Of a stretch of 64,000 bases of DNA, positions 8,876-17,070 are shown piece after piece (position 1 is the stretch's first letter; each line of letters begins with the position of its first letter). The DNA is taken from contig CAYXYU010000001.1 in assembly GCA_964469525.1 (NCBI GenBank), positions 68,508 through 132,507 of the forward strand. Direction: 5' to 3'. The stretch is from an uncultured Rickettsiales bacterium. GTDB lineage: Bacteria > Pseudomonadota > Alphaproteobacteria > Rickettsiales > SXRF01. The notes beneath the pieces were generated by a model. That model was not told the DNA's origin. It made no database searches and saw only the letters and a list, made by a program, of their open reading frames with translations. The translations under genes and the position numbers were made by a program.

Positions 8876-11056
8876 ATGAAGTTTCGGCGGCTTTCGCTCG
8901 CGGGTTCCGGCTTGCTCATCGCCGCGGCGGTGACCTTGAAGCTGCTGGCACCGGCGGCCATTACCGACCTTCAGAACCGCAGTTTTGATCTCTACCAGCA
9001 GTTGAAGCCACGTCTTTACGAGTCGGCGCCGGTACGCATTGTCGATATCGATGATGCCACCCTGGAGCGCGCCGGGCAGTGGCCGTGGCCGCGCACCCAG
9101 CTTGCCGCGCTGGTGGAGAAGCTGCAGCGGGCAGGCGCATCGGTAATTGCCTTCGATGCCGTCTTCGCCGAACCGGACCGCACGTCGCCCCAACAGATTG
9201 TTCCCTTGTGGGGTAGGCAGCCTGCATTGCGCGATGTCTTGTCGAAACTTCCCGATCATGATGCACTGTTCGCCGAAGCCATCGCCTCGGCACCGGTGGT
9301 GACGGGATTCGTGTTGACCCATGGCGGTGGCGCCGCTCCGGCACTCAAGGCTGGATGGGCCGTCGTCGGAAATGACCCATCAGCCTTCGTACCGTCATTC
9401 TCCGGCAGCGTTACTACCCTGCCGCAACTGGAAGCGGTAGCCAGAGGGAACGGTGCGCTTAACAGCACTCCGGATGGGGATGGTATCCTGCGCCATCTGC
9501 CGTTGGTGATGCGTCTAAACGGCCAACTCTATCCGTCACTGGCCGTTGAAGCATTGCGCGTCGCCCAGGGTGCGGACAGCTATGTCATCAAGTCTGTCGG
9601 TGCCAGTGGCGAAGAAGGGAGCACTAGCGGGATAGTTGCCCTCAAGATTGCTGATATCGTCATTCCTACGGACCAAAACGGCAGCCAGTGGCTTTATTAT
9701 TCTGCGTCTGTCGAAGAACGCTCTGTTCCCGCATGGCAGGTCCTCGACGGGACGGCCGATCCCAGTCGTCTTGCCGGGCACATTATTCTTGTCGGCACCA
9801 GCGCGGCTGGGCTAAAAGATATCCGCGCCACGCCGCTGAATCCGGCGGCGCCCGGTGTCGAAGTGTTCGCACAGGCGCTGGAGCAAGCCATCCTCGGCAT
9901 CACGCTTTCACGCCCCGATTGGATGGCCGGTGCTGAAATCCTTCTCATGGTGGCGGCCAGCCTGCTGCTGCTTGGCGTCAATGCCTTGCTGACGCCGCTG
10001 GCGGGTATCGTGTTCATGGCGGTGACATTGGGGGGCATCCTCACGCTTTCCTGGCACGCCTTTGCCTCGCATCGGCTGCTGGTCGAACCGGTGATGCCGG
10101 CGCTTACCATCGTTGTGGTTTATATCCTGGACGTAGTGGTGCGCTATATCCACACCGAGCGCGAACGCACCCACATTCGCACCGCCTTCTCCCAATACAT
10201 GTCCCCCGCCTTGGTCAGGGAACTGGCCAATCATCCCGAGCGGCTGACGCTGGGAGGGGAAAACCGGCCGCTCAGCGTGATGTTCTGCGATATGCGTGGT
10301 TTTACGTCGGTCTCCGAACGCCTACCGCCCCAGGAGCTGACGCGCCTGCTCAGCCGGTTCCTGACACCTATTACCCAGATCATCCTCGATCGTCAGGGCA
10401 CCATCGACAAATACATCGGGGATTGCGTCATGGCTTTCTGGAATGCTCCGCTCGACGATGGGGCGCATGCACGGCACGCAGTGCTCGCGGCACTGGGGAT
10501 ACAGGAAGCGCTGAATCGCCTCAATGCGGAGCGCGAGGCCGCACCGCTGCAGGCGAGCATCGGCATTAACACCGACCTCTGCTGCGTCGGGAATATGGGG
10601 ACTGATCAGCGTTTTAATTACTCAGCGCTGGGTGACGGCGTGAATCTCGCCTCCCGCCTCCAGGCGCAGTGCAGGCATTATGGGGTCGATATTATCCTCG
10701 GCGAGAATACCGAAAAAGAAATCCGTGGCATGGCATGTCTGGAGTTGGATTTGATCCGGGTGCAGGGCAGAGAGGCACTGGCGCGCACCTATACCTTGGT
10801 GGGGGATGAAAGAATGGCGGAGAGCGCAGCTTTTTCGGCACTTGCCGAGCGGCATCGCCTTCTGACGGATGCCTATCGCGGCGGCCAGTGGGATCAGGCG
10901 GAGCGGGTGAGGAAGGATTGCGTCAGCGCTGCGGAATCTTTGCCATCGCTGCGCAAGAGCGGCTTGTACACGCGCTTTGCCAGGCGCATTGCCCTGCTGC
11001 GCAACAGTATGCCCGACGGTTGCTGGGATGGTGTCTACGATGCGAGGGAGAAATAA
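8876..11056 (+). CDS. CHASE2 sensor domain / class III adenylate-guanylate cyclase
   Basis: ATG at 8876 after AAAGG gives a signal-anchor MKFRRLSLAGSGLLIAAAV. CHASE2 block RIVDIDDATLERAGQWPWPRTQLAALV...AFDAVFAEPD. Three or four TM helices. Cyclase core VMFCDMRGFTS...DKYIGDCVMAFWN...GDGVNLASRLQ. Confidence 0.85.
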   Translation: MKFRRLSLAGSGLLIAAAVTLKLLAPAAITDLQNRSFDLYQQLKPRLYESAPVRIVDIDDATLERAGQWPWPRTQLAALVEKLQRAGASVIAFDAVFAEPDRTSPQQIVPLWGRQPALRDVLSKLPDHDALFAEAIASAPVVTGFVLTHGGGAAPALKAGWAVVGNDPSAFVPSFSGSVTTLPQLEAVARGNGALNSTPDGDGILRHLPLVMRLNGQLYPSLAVEALRVAQGADSYVIKSVGASGEEGSTSGIVALKIADIVIPTDQNGSQWLYYSASVEERSVPAWQVLDGTADPSRLAGHIILVGTSAAGLKDIRATPLNPAAPGVEVFAQALEQAILGITLSRPDWMAGAEILLMVAASLLLLGVNALLTPLAGIVFMAVTLGGILTLSWHAFASHRLLVEPVMPALTIVVVYILDVVVRYIHTERERTHIRTAFSQYMSPALVRELANHPERLTLGGENRPLSVMFCDMRGFTSVSERLPPQELTRLLSRFLTPITQIILDRQGTIDKYIGDCVMAFWNAPLDDGAHARHAVLAALGIQEALNRLNAEREAAPLQASIGINTDLCCVGNMGTDQRFNYSALGDGVNLASRLQAQCRHYGVDIILGENTEKEIRGMACLELDLIRVQGREALARTYTLVGDERMAESAAFSALAERHRLLTDAYRGGQWDQAERVRKDCVSAAESLPSLRKSGLYTRFARRIALLRNSMPDGCWDGVYDAREK

Positions 11057-11059
11057 AGA

Positions 11060-12508
11060 TTACGGCGCTTTTCCGCCGGTGAAAACGCCGTCGGCCTCTA
11101 CCGTGGTGTCCGTACTGATGACATTGAATTTGCCGGACAGGAGATCGGCATTGATTCCATACAGTGCGGCATTAGCGGCACCGCTCACGGGCACCGCGTT
11201 GGCCGTTCCCGTCAGGTTAATAATGCCGAGGTTGGTAGGAGTGCCACTGTTATTGATGACGAACTGACCGAGGTTAATGGTCAATGCGTCGAGCTTCCGG
11301 GTATTAAAATCGATGGCTGCATTGAATACGCCATGCTCATGCTGATTAAGAGCGCCTATTCTGGTCTGGCCGACCACTACACCCTGATAATTCACCGTTC
11401 CGAAACTAGTGTAGGTAGGCGCCAAAGCAATCAGGTTTTGCGGAAGCAAAGGTAAGCCGGTCACGGATGCAGTCGTTTCCTCCAGATTGGGCAAGGGATC
11501 TTGTGTCTGGATGAAGAAGATATCATGTGCCCAGGGACCCCACCGGCCAGGATCGTTCGGATTGCCTATCCTGCTGGTACTGGTGTTGATTACCGTATTG
11601 CTTCCTGTGCCGGCACCCGCGCTGGTCCTGGTATTCAATAAGCCGTTATCGGGGTTTAAAAAACCCGGATCTCGGGGCGGCAGGAGGGTGCTCTTTTCGC
11701 CGGAAGGCGGAGGTGGCAGTCGCGTGCTGTCCCCGGAAGGAGAGGTTGAATCCCCATCCTTCGTGCCGCCATGCGGAAAAGGCTGATCCGGGTTCGGGTC
11801 ATGGGGACGGTTCGGCTGATCTTGCCGTGTCGGCTGTCCATCAGAATTTTCTTTGGGCTGGGCGGCCTTGTTGAAGGTCTGCATGCTGGCCTTGACCTGC
11901 TCAGGCCCCATCGGTTCAGCCGCGCCGTTATGATGCATGACCATGCCGTGGCCGAATTCAGTGACCGATTGGATGTTTCCGGCAGCGTTTGCCACCATCA
12001 TGTCGCGGCCATAGAAAAAGATCGCTTCGGCCTTGCTGCCGTCGCCAGCGATGCTGACCTGCATGATCCCGCCGCGAATGCCGACGGTCGATACGGGTGT
12101 CTTGATCGTCACATAATCCTGCTTGGTGAGCGCACCGCCGATAAAACGAAGCGTGCCTCTGGCGCCTTGCAGCGTCATGGCGCCCTTGGTGCGTTCAGGA
12201 TCATAGATAAACGTGTCGATGGTTACGCGGGTATTGGGCACGATCGTTAGCGCGGAACGGTCAAGAAACATCAACTGTGCTTTGGCGTCCTCGCCTGTCT
12301 GCAGCGTTTGGTTGACATAGATCGGGTCGCCGGCCTTGAGTATGACCGTGTTTTTGTCCGGTAGGGTGCCGATTACCGTGCCCTGAACATTGCCGACCAC
12401 GCCGGCTTTCTGAAGTTCTGCCGCCCAGGCCTGGCCACACGGCAGCAGGGCCAACAAAAAGATCAGCGCACACAGATGAGGCAGTACTGCGATTCTACTA
12501 CATACCAT
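11060..12508 (-). CDS. secreted FecR-domain protein with Pro/Asp-rich linker and TbpB/fHbp-like C-terminal barrel signature
   Basis: Start taken at ATG 12508 (MVCSRIAVLPHLCALIFLLALLPCGQAWA-AE signal), not the tracked 12646. FecR pattern LKAGDPIYVNQTLQTGEDAKAQLMFLDRSALTIVPNTRVTI...VSTVGIRGG. C-terminus ...AALYGINADLLSGKFNV...ADGVFTGGKAP. Confidence 0.7.
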   Translation of the reverse strand: MVCSRIAVLPHLCALIFLLALLPCGQAWAAELQKAGVVGNVQGTVIGTLPDKNTVILKAGDPIYVNQTLQTGEDAKAQLMFLDRSALTIVPNTRVTIDTFIYDPERTKGAMTLQGARGTLRFIGGALTKQDYVTIKTPVSTVGIRGGIMQVSIAGDGSKAEAIFFYGRDMMVANAAGNIQSVTEFGHGMVMHHNGAAEPMGPEQVKASMQTFNKAAQPKENSDGQPTRQDQPNRPHDPNPDQPFPHGGTKDGDSTSPSGDSTRLPPPPSGEKSTLLPPRDPGFLNPDNGLLNTRTSAGAGTGSNTVINTSTSRIGNPNDPGRWGPWAHDIFFIQTQDPLPNLEETTASVTGLPLLPQNLIALAPTYTSFGTVNYQGVVVGQTRIGALNQHEHGVFNAAIDFNTRKLDALTINLGQFVINNSGTPTNLGIINLTGTANAVPVSGAANAALYGINADLLSGKFNVISTDTTVEADGVFTGGKAP

Positions 12509-12878
12509 GCAGATAACCCTCCGCCTCCTGAACCACGGCCGTAGGTGCTCCGGGGGTTGATCTGGCTTCGAGGAAATACTCCTTGGCGATCGTCTTCGAA
12601 CCCAGGAGATGGTAGAGAATGCCGATCTGCAGACGGATCTTCGCATTATCCGGTTCGTTCATCAGAATCCGTTCCAGCGGAGGAATGGCCGACTCATAGT
12701 CCTTCATCTGCATGGCGAGCGCCGCATAGTCCAGATTGAGCTGACGATCCGTCGGATTTTTGAGCAGACGTGCATAGGATGCTTCAAGCGATCCTTCTGC
12801 CGCCGCCGCAACGGTGAAGCACAAGGATAAGCCTACCAACATCAGAACTCGTGATGCCCTGTATACAAAAGAACTCAT
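12498..12878 (-). CDS. small secreted TPR protein
   Basis: Signal peptide MSSFVYRASRVLMLVGLSLCFTVAAAA from ATG 12878 (alternative 12908). TPR-like LNLDYAALAMQMKDYESAIPPLERILMNEPDN. 3' end overlaps the FecR gene start by 11 nt. Confidence 0.6.
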   Translation of the reverse strand: MSSFVYRASRVLMLVGLSLCFTVAAAAEGSLEASYARLLKNPTDRQLNLDYAALAMQMKDYESAIPPLERILMNEPDNAKIRLQIGILYHLLGSKTIAKEYFLEARSTPGAPTAVVQEAEGYLHGM

Positions 12879-12974
12879 ACAGTCACCCGTTGATGGGGAA
12901 AGATCCATCAGTGTAACTGAACTTACCTAACCAAAGATTAAAGAAAGGTAGTAATTAAGATAAATTGATCCAAC

Positions 12975-13499
12975 TCACGACTGATGCCTACCATGATAGG
13001 TAACTTTAAAGCGGGCTTCACGTCCGCTGAGCATGATGTCGGGAATCTCGAGCGGGAAACTATCCGGCACGTTTCTTTTGCCTTCTCTTACATCAGCTAA
13101 GAGCTTCGCAAGCTTGTGGCGGGCGAAGTTCAAAGGTACGCCTTGCCGTTCATAATGCATCATCCAAAGGGCGAACCATTGGCGGTAAGGGTCAACTGTA
13201 GTCGCGGCCTTCCCCAATGCTTCTGCTTGCTGAGACTTAAGCTCGAAATCGTAGGAGAGGGACAGCACGCCAACTGACTCGCAGAACTCTCCCCAGCGTT
13301 CAACAAACTCAGGCGAGCTTTCTTGGTAGCGAATGTGATTTTCAATCTGGGGGATGCCCGCCTTGCAGGCTATGATGAAAGCAGCGAAGTCCTTTTGGTT
13401 GATTTCAACCTGACGGCAATACTTCTCCAGTTCCCGCTTCTTGTCGAAGGTGAATATCTTGAGGAAGTTCTCAAGTCCTACTGGATCAGGCTCAAACAT
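12975..13499 (-). CDS. hypothetical protein (orphan, visibly lower GC)
   Basis: 174-aa ORF with no recognisable motifs. Sits between the TPR/FecR operon and tRNA-Met. Confidence 0.45.
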   Translation of the reverse strand: MFEPDPVGLENFLKIFTFDKKRELEKYCRQVEINQKDFAAFIIACKAGIPQIENHIRYQESSPEFVERWGEFCESVGVLSLSYDFELKSQQAEALGKAATTVDPYRQWFALWMMHYERQGVPLNFARHKLAKLLADVREGKRNVPDSFPLEIPDIMLSGREARFKVTYHGRHQS

Positions 13500-13762
13500 G
13501 AAAAACCTTACCTTCTAAAACCCGCGCTCCGCGCCGCTCTCCGGGCGAAGCTGCAACCCCCGCCGCGTTCACGGTCCAAAAGACCCCTAAAATATACCCG
13601 TGAACGCCGCTGGGCTGCAACCCTGGGAGCCAAATGCGGGCAGGGCGCTGCGCGTCACTGCACGAGAGAACAAATTCTGAAGGTGGCTCTGGCCCGCGTT
13701 CTCCGGGCGTTCTGCGCGCTCTAATGTGTCGCGCCGTGCGCTGCCGGAGGAGGGATGAATAA

Positions 13763-13837
13763 TGGTGGCTCGGGAGGGATTTGAACCCCCGACCAAGGGA
13801 TTATGATTCCCCTGCTCTACCGCTGAGCTACCGAGCC
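13763..13837 (-). tRNA. tRNA-Met (anticodon CAT), elongator-type (Ile2-lysidine not excluded)
   Basis: Reverse complement folds as GGCTCGG-TA-GCTC..GAGC-A-GGGGA-ATCATAA-TCCCT-TGGTC-GGGGG-TTCAAAT-CCCTC-CCGAGCC-ACCA. 75 nt, with a paired 1:72 position. Confidence 0.85.
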
Positions 13838-14045
13838 AAAAATTCTACTATCCTGGCTAACCTGCCTGGGTTTTCTCAAAGCCGCTGCTCACGTACCAGA
13901 TGTACGTTCCGCTGCGTTTTTCAAAAACCCTGCGCGTGTAGCGCAAGCTAGCGAATTTTGCCAGCTTCAGGCGAAAGCCGAGCCATAGGGATTAGGGATT
14001 ATGGCTGAAATTGCAAGTAAAAACTGCCGTGAGGGAGGGCGGGCA

Positions 14046-14082
14046 TAAAAAAACGCGCCGGCTGAGGAGCCGGCGCGTTTTC
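14046..14082 (-). terminator. rho-independent terminator (usable in both directions)
   Basis: acgcgccggc-tgagga-gccggcgcgt hairpin flanked by an A7 run (T7 on the minus strand) and TTTT on the plus strand. Just downstream of 14098..14292. Confidence 0.7.
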
Positions 14083-14097
14083 TGAAAGGAAAGAAGA

Positions 14098-14292
14098 TTA
14101 CTTCTTTTCTTCGGTGGCTTCGGTGCCTTCCTTCTTCACGGTCTTCTCACCGGCCTTTTCATCTTGCTTCGCACCAGCAGCCGGGGAGGCTTCGGTCGGA
14201 GCGGCAGTTTCGGTGGTGGCAGCCGGTTCAGCGGCCAGAACGGGGGTGGCAACCAAGCCAAGAGCGGCGATCAGAGCAAGAGTCTTGTTCAT
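14098..14292 (-). CDS. small secreted low-complexity (A/E/T/K-rich) protein
   Basis: ATG at 14292 preceded by AAGGA. MNKTLALIAALGLVATPVLA signal. 64 aa. Followed by a terminator. Confidence 0.45.
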   Translation of the reverse strand: MNKTLALIAALGLVATPVLAAEPAATTETAAPTEASPAAGAKQDEKAGEKTVKKEGTEATEEKK

Positions 14293-14420
14293 GACGTTTA
14301 TCCTTATAAGGTTTTTGAACATTCCACCATATGCGGTGTGGGGTGATATAAGCACCCACCACATGAAAGCACCATGTAAAAAACATTACATTTTTGTAAT
14401 GTTGCTGGAGCACGTATATT

Positions 14421-14837
14421 TTAGCTGCCCTGTCTACGGCCGAAAGCAAACGCTTTAAGCCTCTCGACCATTGCCGCCAGCTCTTGTTCCGCATAGGGTT
14501 CCGCCGCGCTTCCCCAGACCGGATTCGGCCAGCCAATATCGCGCGGGAAACGGGCGATGATATGAATGTGCAACTGCGGTACCGCATTGCCAAGCGCCGC
14601 CACGTTCATCTTGTATGCCTGCGTGAGCACGGCGAGCAACTCGCTCGTTGTACGCACTTCCTCCATGACCGCCCGGTAATCATCTGGCTGTAGATCGAAC
14701 AGCTCGCGCAGGCCATCGCGCATCGGCACCAGCACCAGCCAGGGGAAGTGCCGGTTGTTCATCAGCAGCACGCGGCAGATACTGAGATCTTCGACGGGAA
14801 CGGTATCTTTCACCAGTTGCGGATGGAGGGTGAACAT
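14421..14837 (-). CDS. HIT family hydrolase
   Basis: 138 aa. Histidine-triad motif VPQLHIHIIARF. Start overlaps the purB stop (TAATG). Confidence 0.8.
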   Translation of the reverse strand: MFTLHPQLVKDTVPVEDLSICRVLLMNNRHFPWLVLVPMRDGLRELFDLQPDDYRAVMEEVRTTSELLAVLTQAYKMNVAALGNAVPQLHIHIIARFPRDIGWPNPVWGSAAEPYAEQELAAMVERLKAFAFGRRQGS

Positions 14838-16129
14838 TACCCGAACACGCGCTTGAACACGGTGTTCACATGCTTCGTGTGGTATTTAAGATCGAACAGT
14901 GCGCGCAGTTCGGCCGGTTTCAGGCGCTGCGTTATTTCCTCGTCGGCAATCAGCTCGGCGAGAAAATCCTTGTCCTTCTCCCAGACTTTCATGGCGTGCT
15001 TTTGCACCAGCTTATAAGCGTTCTCGCGCGACAGGCCTTTCTGCGTCAGCGCCAGCAGCACGCGCTGTGAGAATACCAGCCCGCTGAGGCGGTCGAGGTT
15101 TTTCCGCATGCGCTCAGGGTACACCACCAGCTTCTCAACGATGCCGGTCAGGCGGTGCAGCGCGAAATCGAGCGTTACGGTGGCATCGGGGGCGATCATG
15201 CGCTCGACCGAGGAGTGGGAAATATCGCGCTCGTGCCACAGCGCCACGTTCTCGAGCGCCGGCGTCACGTAGCTGCGCACCATGCGGGCGAGGCCGGTGA
15301 CATTCTCCGACAGCACCGGGTTGCGCTTGTGCGGCATGGCGGAACTGCCTTTCTGGCCGGGAGAGAAATACTCCTCCGCCTCGAGTACTTCGGTACGTTG
15401 TAAATGGCGGATCTCGACGGCGAGGCGTTCCATTGAGCTGGCGATGACCCCGAGCGTGGCGAAGAACATGGCATGGCGGTCGCGCGGGATGATCTGGGTG
15501 GAGACAGGCTCTGGAGTCAGCCCCATTTTCTTAGCGACATATGCCTCAACCGACGGGTCGATATTGGCGAAGGTTCCGACAGCGCCCGAGATGGCACAAG
15601 TGGCGATTTCCTTTCGGGCGGCGACCAGACGGTCGCGGCAGCGGCTGAACTCGGCGTAATAGCCGGCCAGCTTGAGTCCGAACGTCATCGGCTCGGCATG
15701 GATGCCGTGGCTGCGGCCGATAGTGGGAGTGTTTTTATGCTCCATTGCCCGTTTTTTCAGCGCGGCGAGCAGGGCGTCCATATCGTCCAGCAGGATATCG
15801 CTGGCGCGGGCAAGCTGCACAGAGAGGCAGGTGTCGAGCACGTCGGAGCTGGTCATGCCCTGATGCAGGAAACGCGCTTCCGGCCCCACATGCTCGGCGA
15901 CATTGGTCAGGAAAGCAATGACGTCATGGCGCGTCGTGTGCTCGATCTCCTCGATGCGCGACACATCGAATTTACCCTTTTTCCAGATGGCTTTGGCGGC
16001 CTCCTGAGGAATCACTTTAGCTTTGGCAAGGGCGTCGCAGGCATGCGCTTCGATCTCGAACCAGATCCGGTACCGGGTTTCATCGGACCAGAGGGAAGCC
16101 ATTTCAGGGCGGGAATAGCGCGGTATCAT
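14837..16129 (-). CDS. purB: adenylosuccinate lyase
   Basis: 430 aa. [20 protein letters not shown]...[11 protein letters not shown] signature of fumarate-lyase-family PurB. Confidence 0.95.
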   Translation of the reverse strand: MIPRYSRPEMASLWSDETRYRIWFEIEAHACDALAKAKVIPQEAAKAIWKKGKFDVSRIEEIEHTTRHDVIAFLTNVAEHVGPEARFLHQGMTSSDVLDTCLSVQLARASDILLDDMDALLAALKKRAMEHKNTPTIGRSHGIHAEPMTFGLKLAGYYAEFSRCRDRLVAARKEIATCAISGAVGTFANIDPSVEAYVAKKMGLTPEPVSTQIIPRDRHAMFFATLGVIASSMERLAVEIRHLQRTEVLEAEEYFSPGQKGSSAMPHKRNPVLSENVTGLARMVRSYVTPALENVALWHERDISHSSVERMIAPDATVTLDFALHRLTGIVEKLVVYPERMRKNLDRLSGLVFSQRVLLALTQKGLSRENAYKLVQKHAMKVWEKDKDFLAELIADEEITQRLKPAELRALFDLKYHTKHVNTVFKRVFG

Positions 16130-16178
16130 GCAAGGATATATACAAGCCGGTGCTTAACTTGCAACTGAAACCAAGCGG

Positions 16179-16850
16179 TTAGAAATAGACACGCCCGCCG
16201 ATCTCGAAGTTGTGCGAATCATTGGGGAAATAGAACTTGTCCTCCGGTAATATCTTGGAGTGTACCCTGGTGTCCTGGCCGGTGAAATAACGGTAGCCGA
16301 AATACAGTTCCTTGCGCGACCTGCCGGGATCCAGCGTATAGGTGAGGCCCGCCATCCCCTGATAGGCCAGGGTCCATTCTTCTAACGGAACATGTTCTAT
16401 GGGGTTGGACATGCCGTCATATAAAACATAATAGCGGGGGTTATTGACGCGCGCCGCCCCAATACCGGCACCGATATAGGGCGTAAACCGGCTGCTGTTC
16501 CGGAAATCGAAGTACAGATTGCTCATGATGGCAACGGAGGTGTGCGGGGCAGAAGTCGCATCGGACGTAACATTCAGGTCGTCATCGATGTCATTGGTGC
16601 GGTAGGCGACTTCCAGCTCGGTACGAAAATTATTGGATAAACGGTAACCGAAGGCGGCTGAAACACCGATGCCCGGATGCATGGTAAGGGTATCGGCGCC
16701 CAGGCCGGCGGTGTTATCGATATCAACATTCTGCAGCATCACCAGCGAGGTGCTGAGGCCGATATACCAGCGGGGGACGTTTGGATTGTCGGCGAGTGCA
16801 GGCGTGGCCAGCAGGGCGGGGAGAAGAAACGGCAGAACGGACAGGCGCAT
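16179..16850 (-). CDS. outer-membrane beta-barrel protein (small OMP), paralog 1
   Basis: 223 aa. Signal peptide ending ALA. Ends NDSHNFEIGGRVYF. Clearly paralogous to 17071..17745. Confidence 0.7.
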   Translation of the reverse strand: MRLSVLPFLLPALLATPALADNPNVPRWYIGLSTSLVMLQNVDIDNTAGLGADTLTMHPGIGVSAAFGYRLSNNFRTELEVAYRTNDIDDDLNVTSDATSAPHTSVAIMSNLYFDFRNSSRFTPYIGAGIGAARVNNPRYYVLYDGMSNPIEHVPLEEWTLAYQGMAGLTYTLDPGRSRKELYFGYRYFTGQDTRVHSKILPEDKFYFPNDSHNFEIGGRVYF

Positions 16851-16962
16851 GCAAACTCCGGCAATTTTCTGCTTCTTCTATAGCGCCTATGAATTAATTT
16901 ACGGTTAACTAATGGCTTATGCCATTAGAGCCTTTTCATTATTGACCCATCGACATTTGGGC

Positions 16963-17053
16963 GCGAAGCGCCTCACCCTACCTCTCTCCCGCAAGCGGGA
17001 GAGGGAAGCTGCCGCTTCGCGTCAGCGAAGAGGCGGCGGGTGAGGGCATGAGG
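16963..17053. repeat. nested-palindrome repeat (ccctcaccc / ctctcccgc family), compact copy
   Basis: cgcctcaccc...ctctctcccgc-aag-cgggagaggg, then gccgcttcgc-gtca-gcgaagaggcggc, then gggtgagggc. Outer arms are mutually complementary. Confidence 0.7.
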
Positions 17054-17070
17054 TAAATAATGAAAATGCT

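Noticed and set aside
12509-12646. N-terminal 46-codon extension of the FecR-domain ORF in the track
   Set aside because: The extension is Arg/Ser-rich, overlaps the TPR gene in another frame, and precedes a perfect signal peptide starting at ATG 12508. The shorter start was chosen.
12909-13762. Integrative island using tRNA-Met as attachment site
   Set aside because: There is no integrase, no excisionase and no visible direct repeat of the tRNA 3' end in the window. Only one lower-GC orphan is present. It is kept as a low-interest note.
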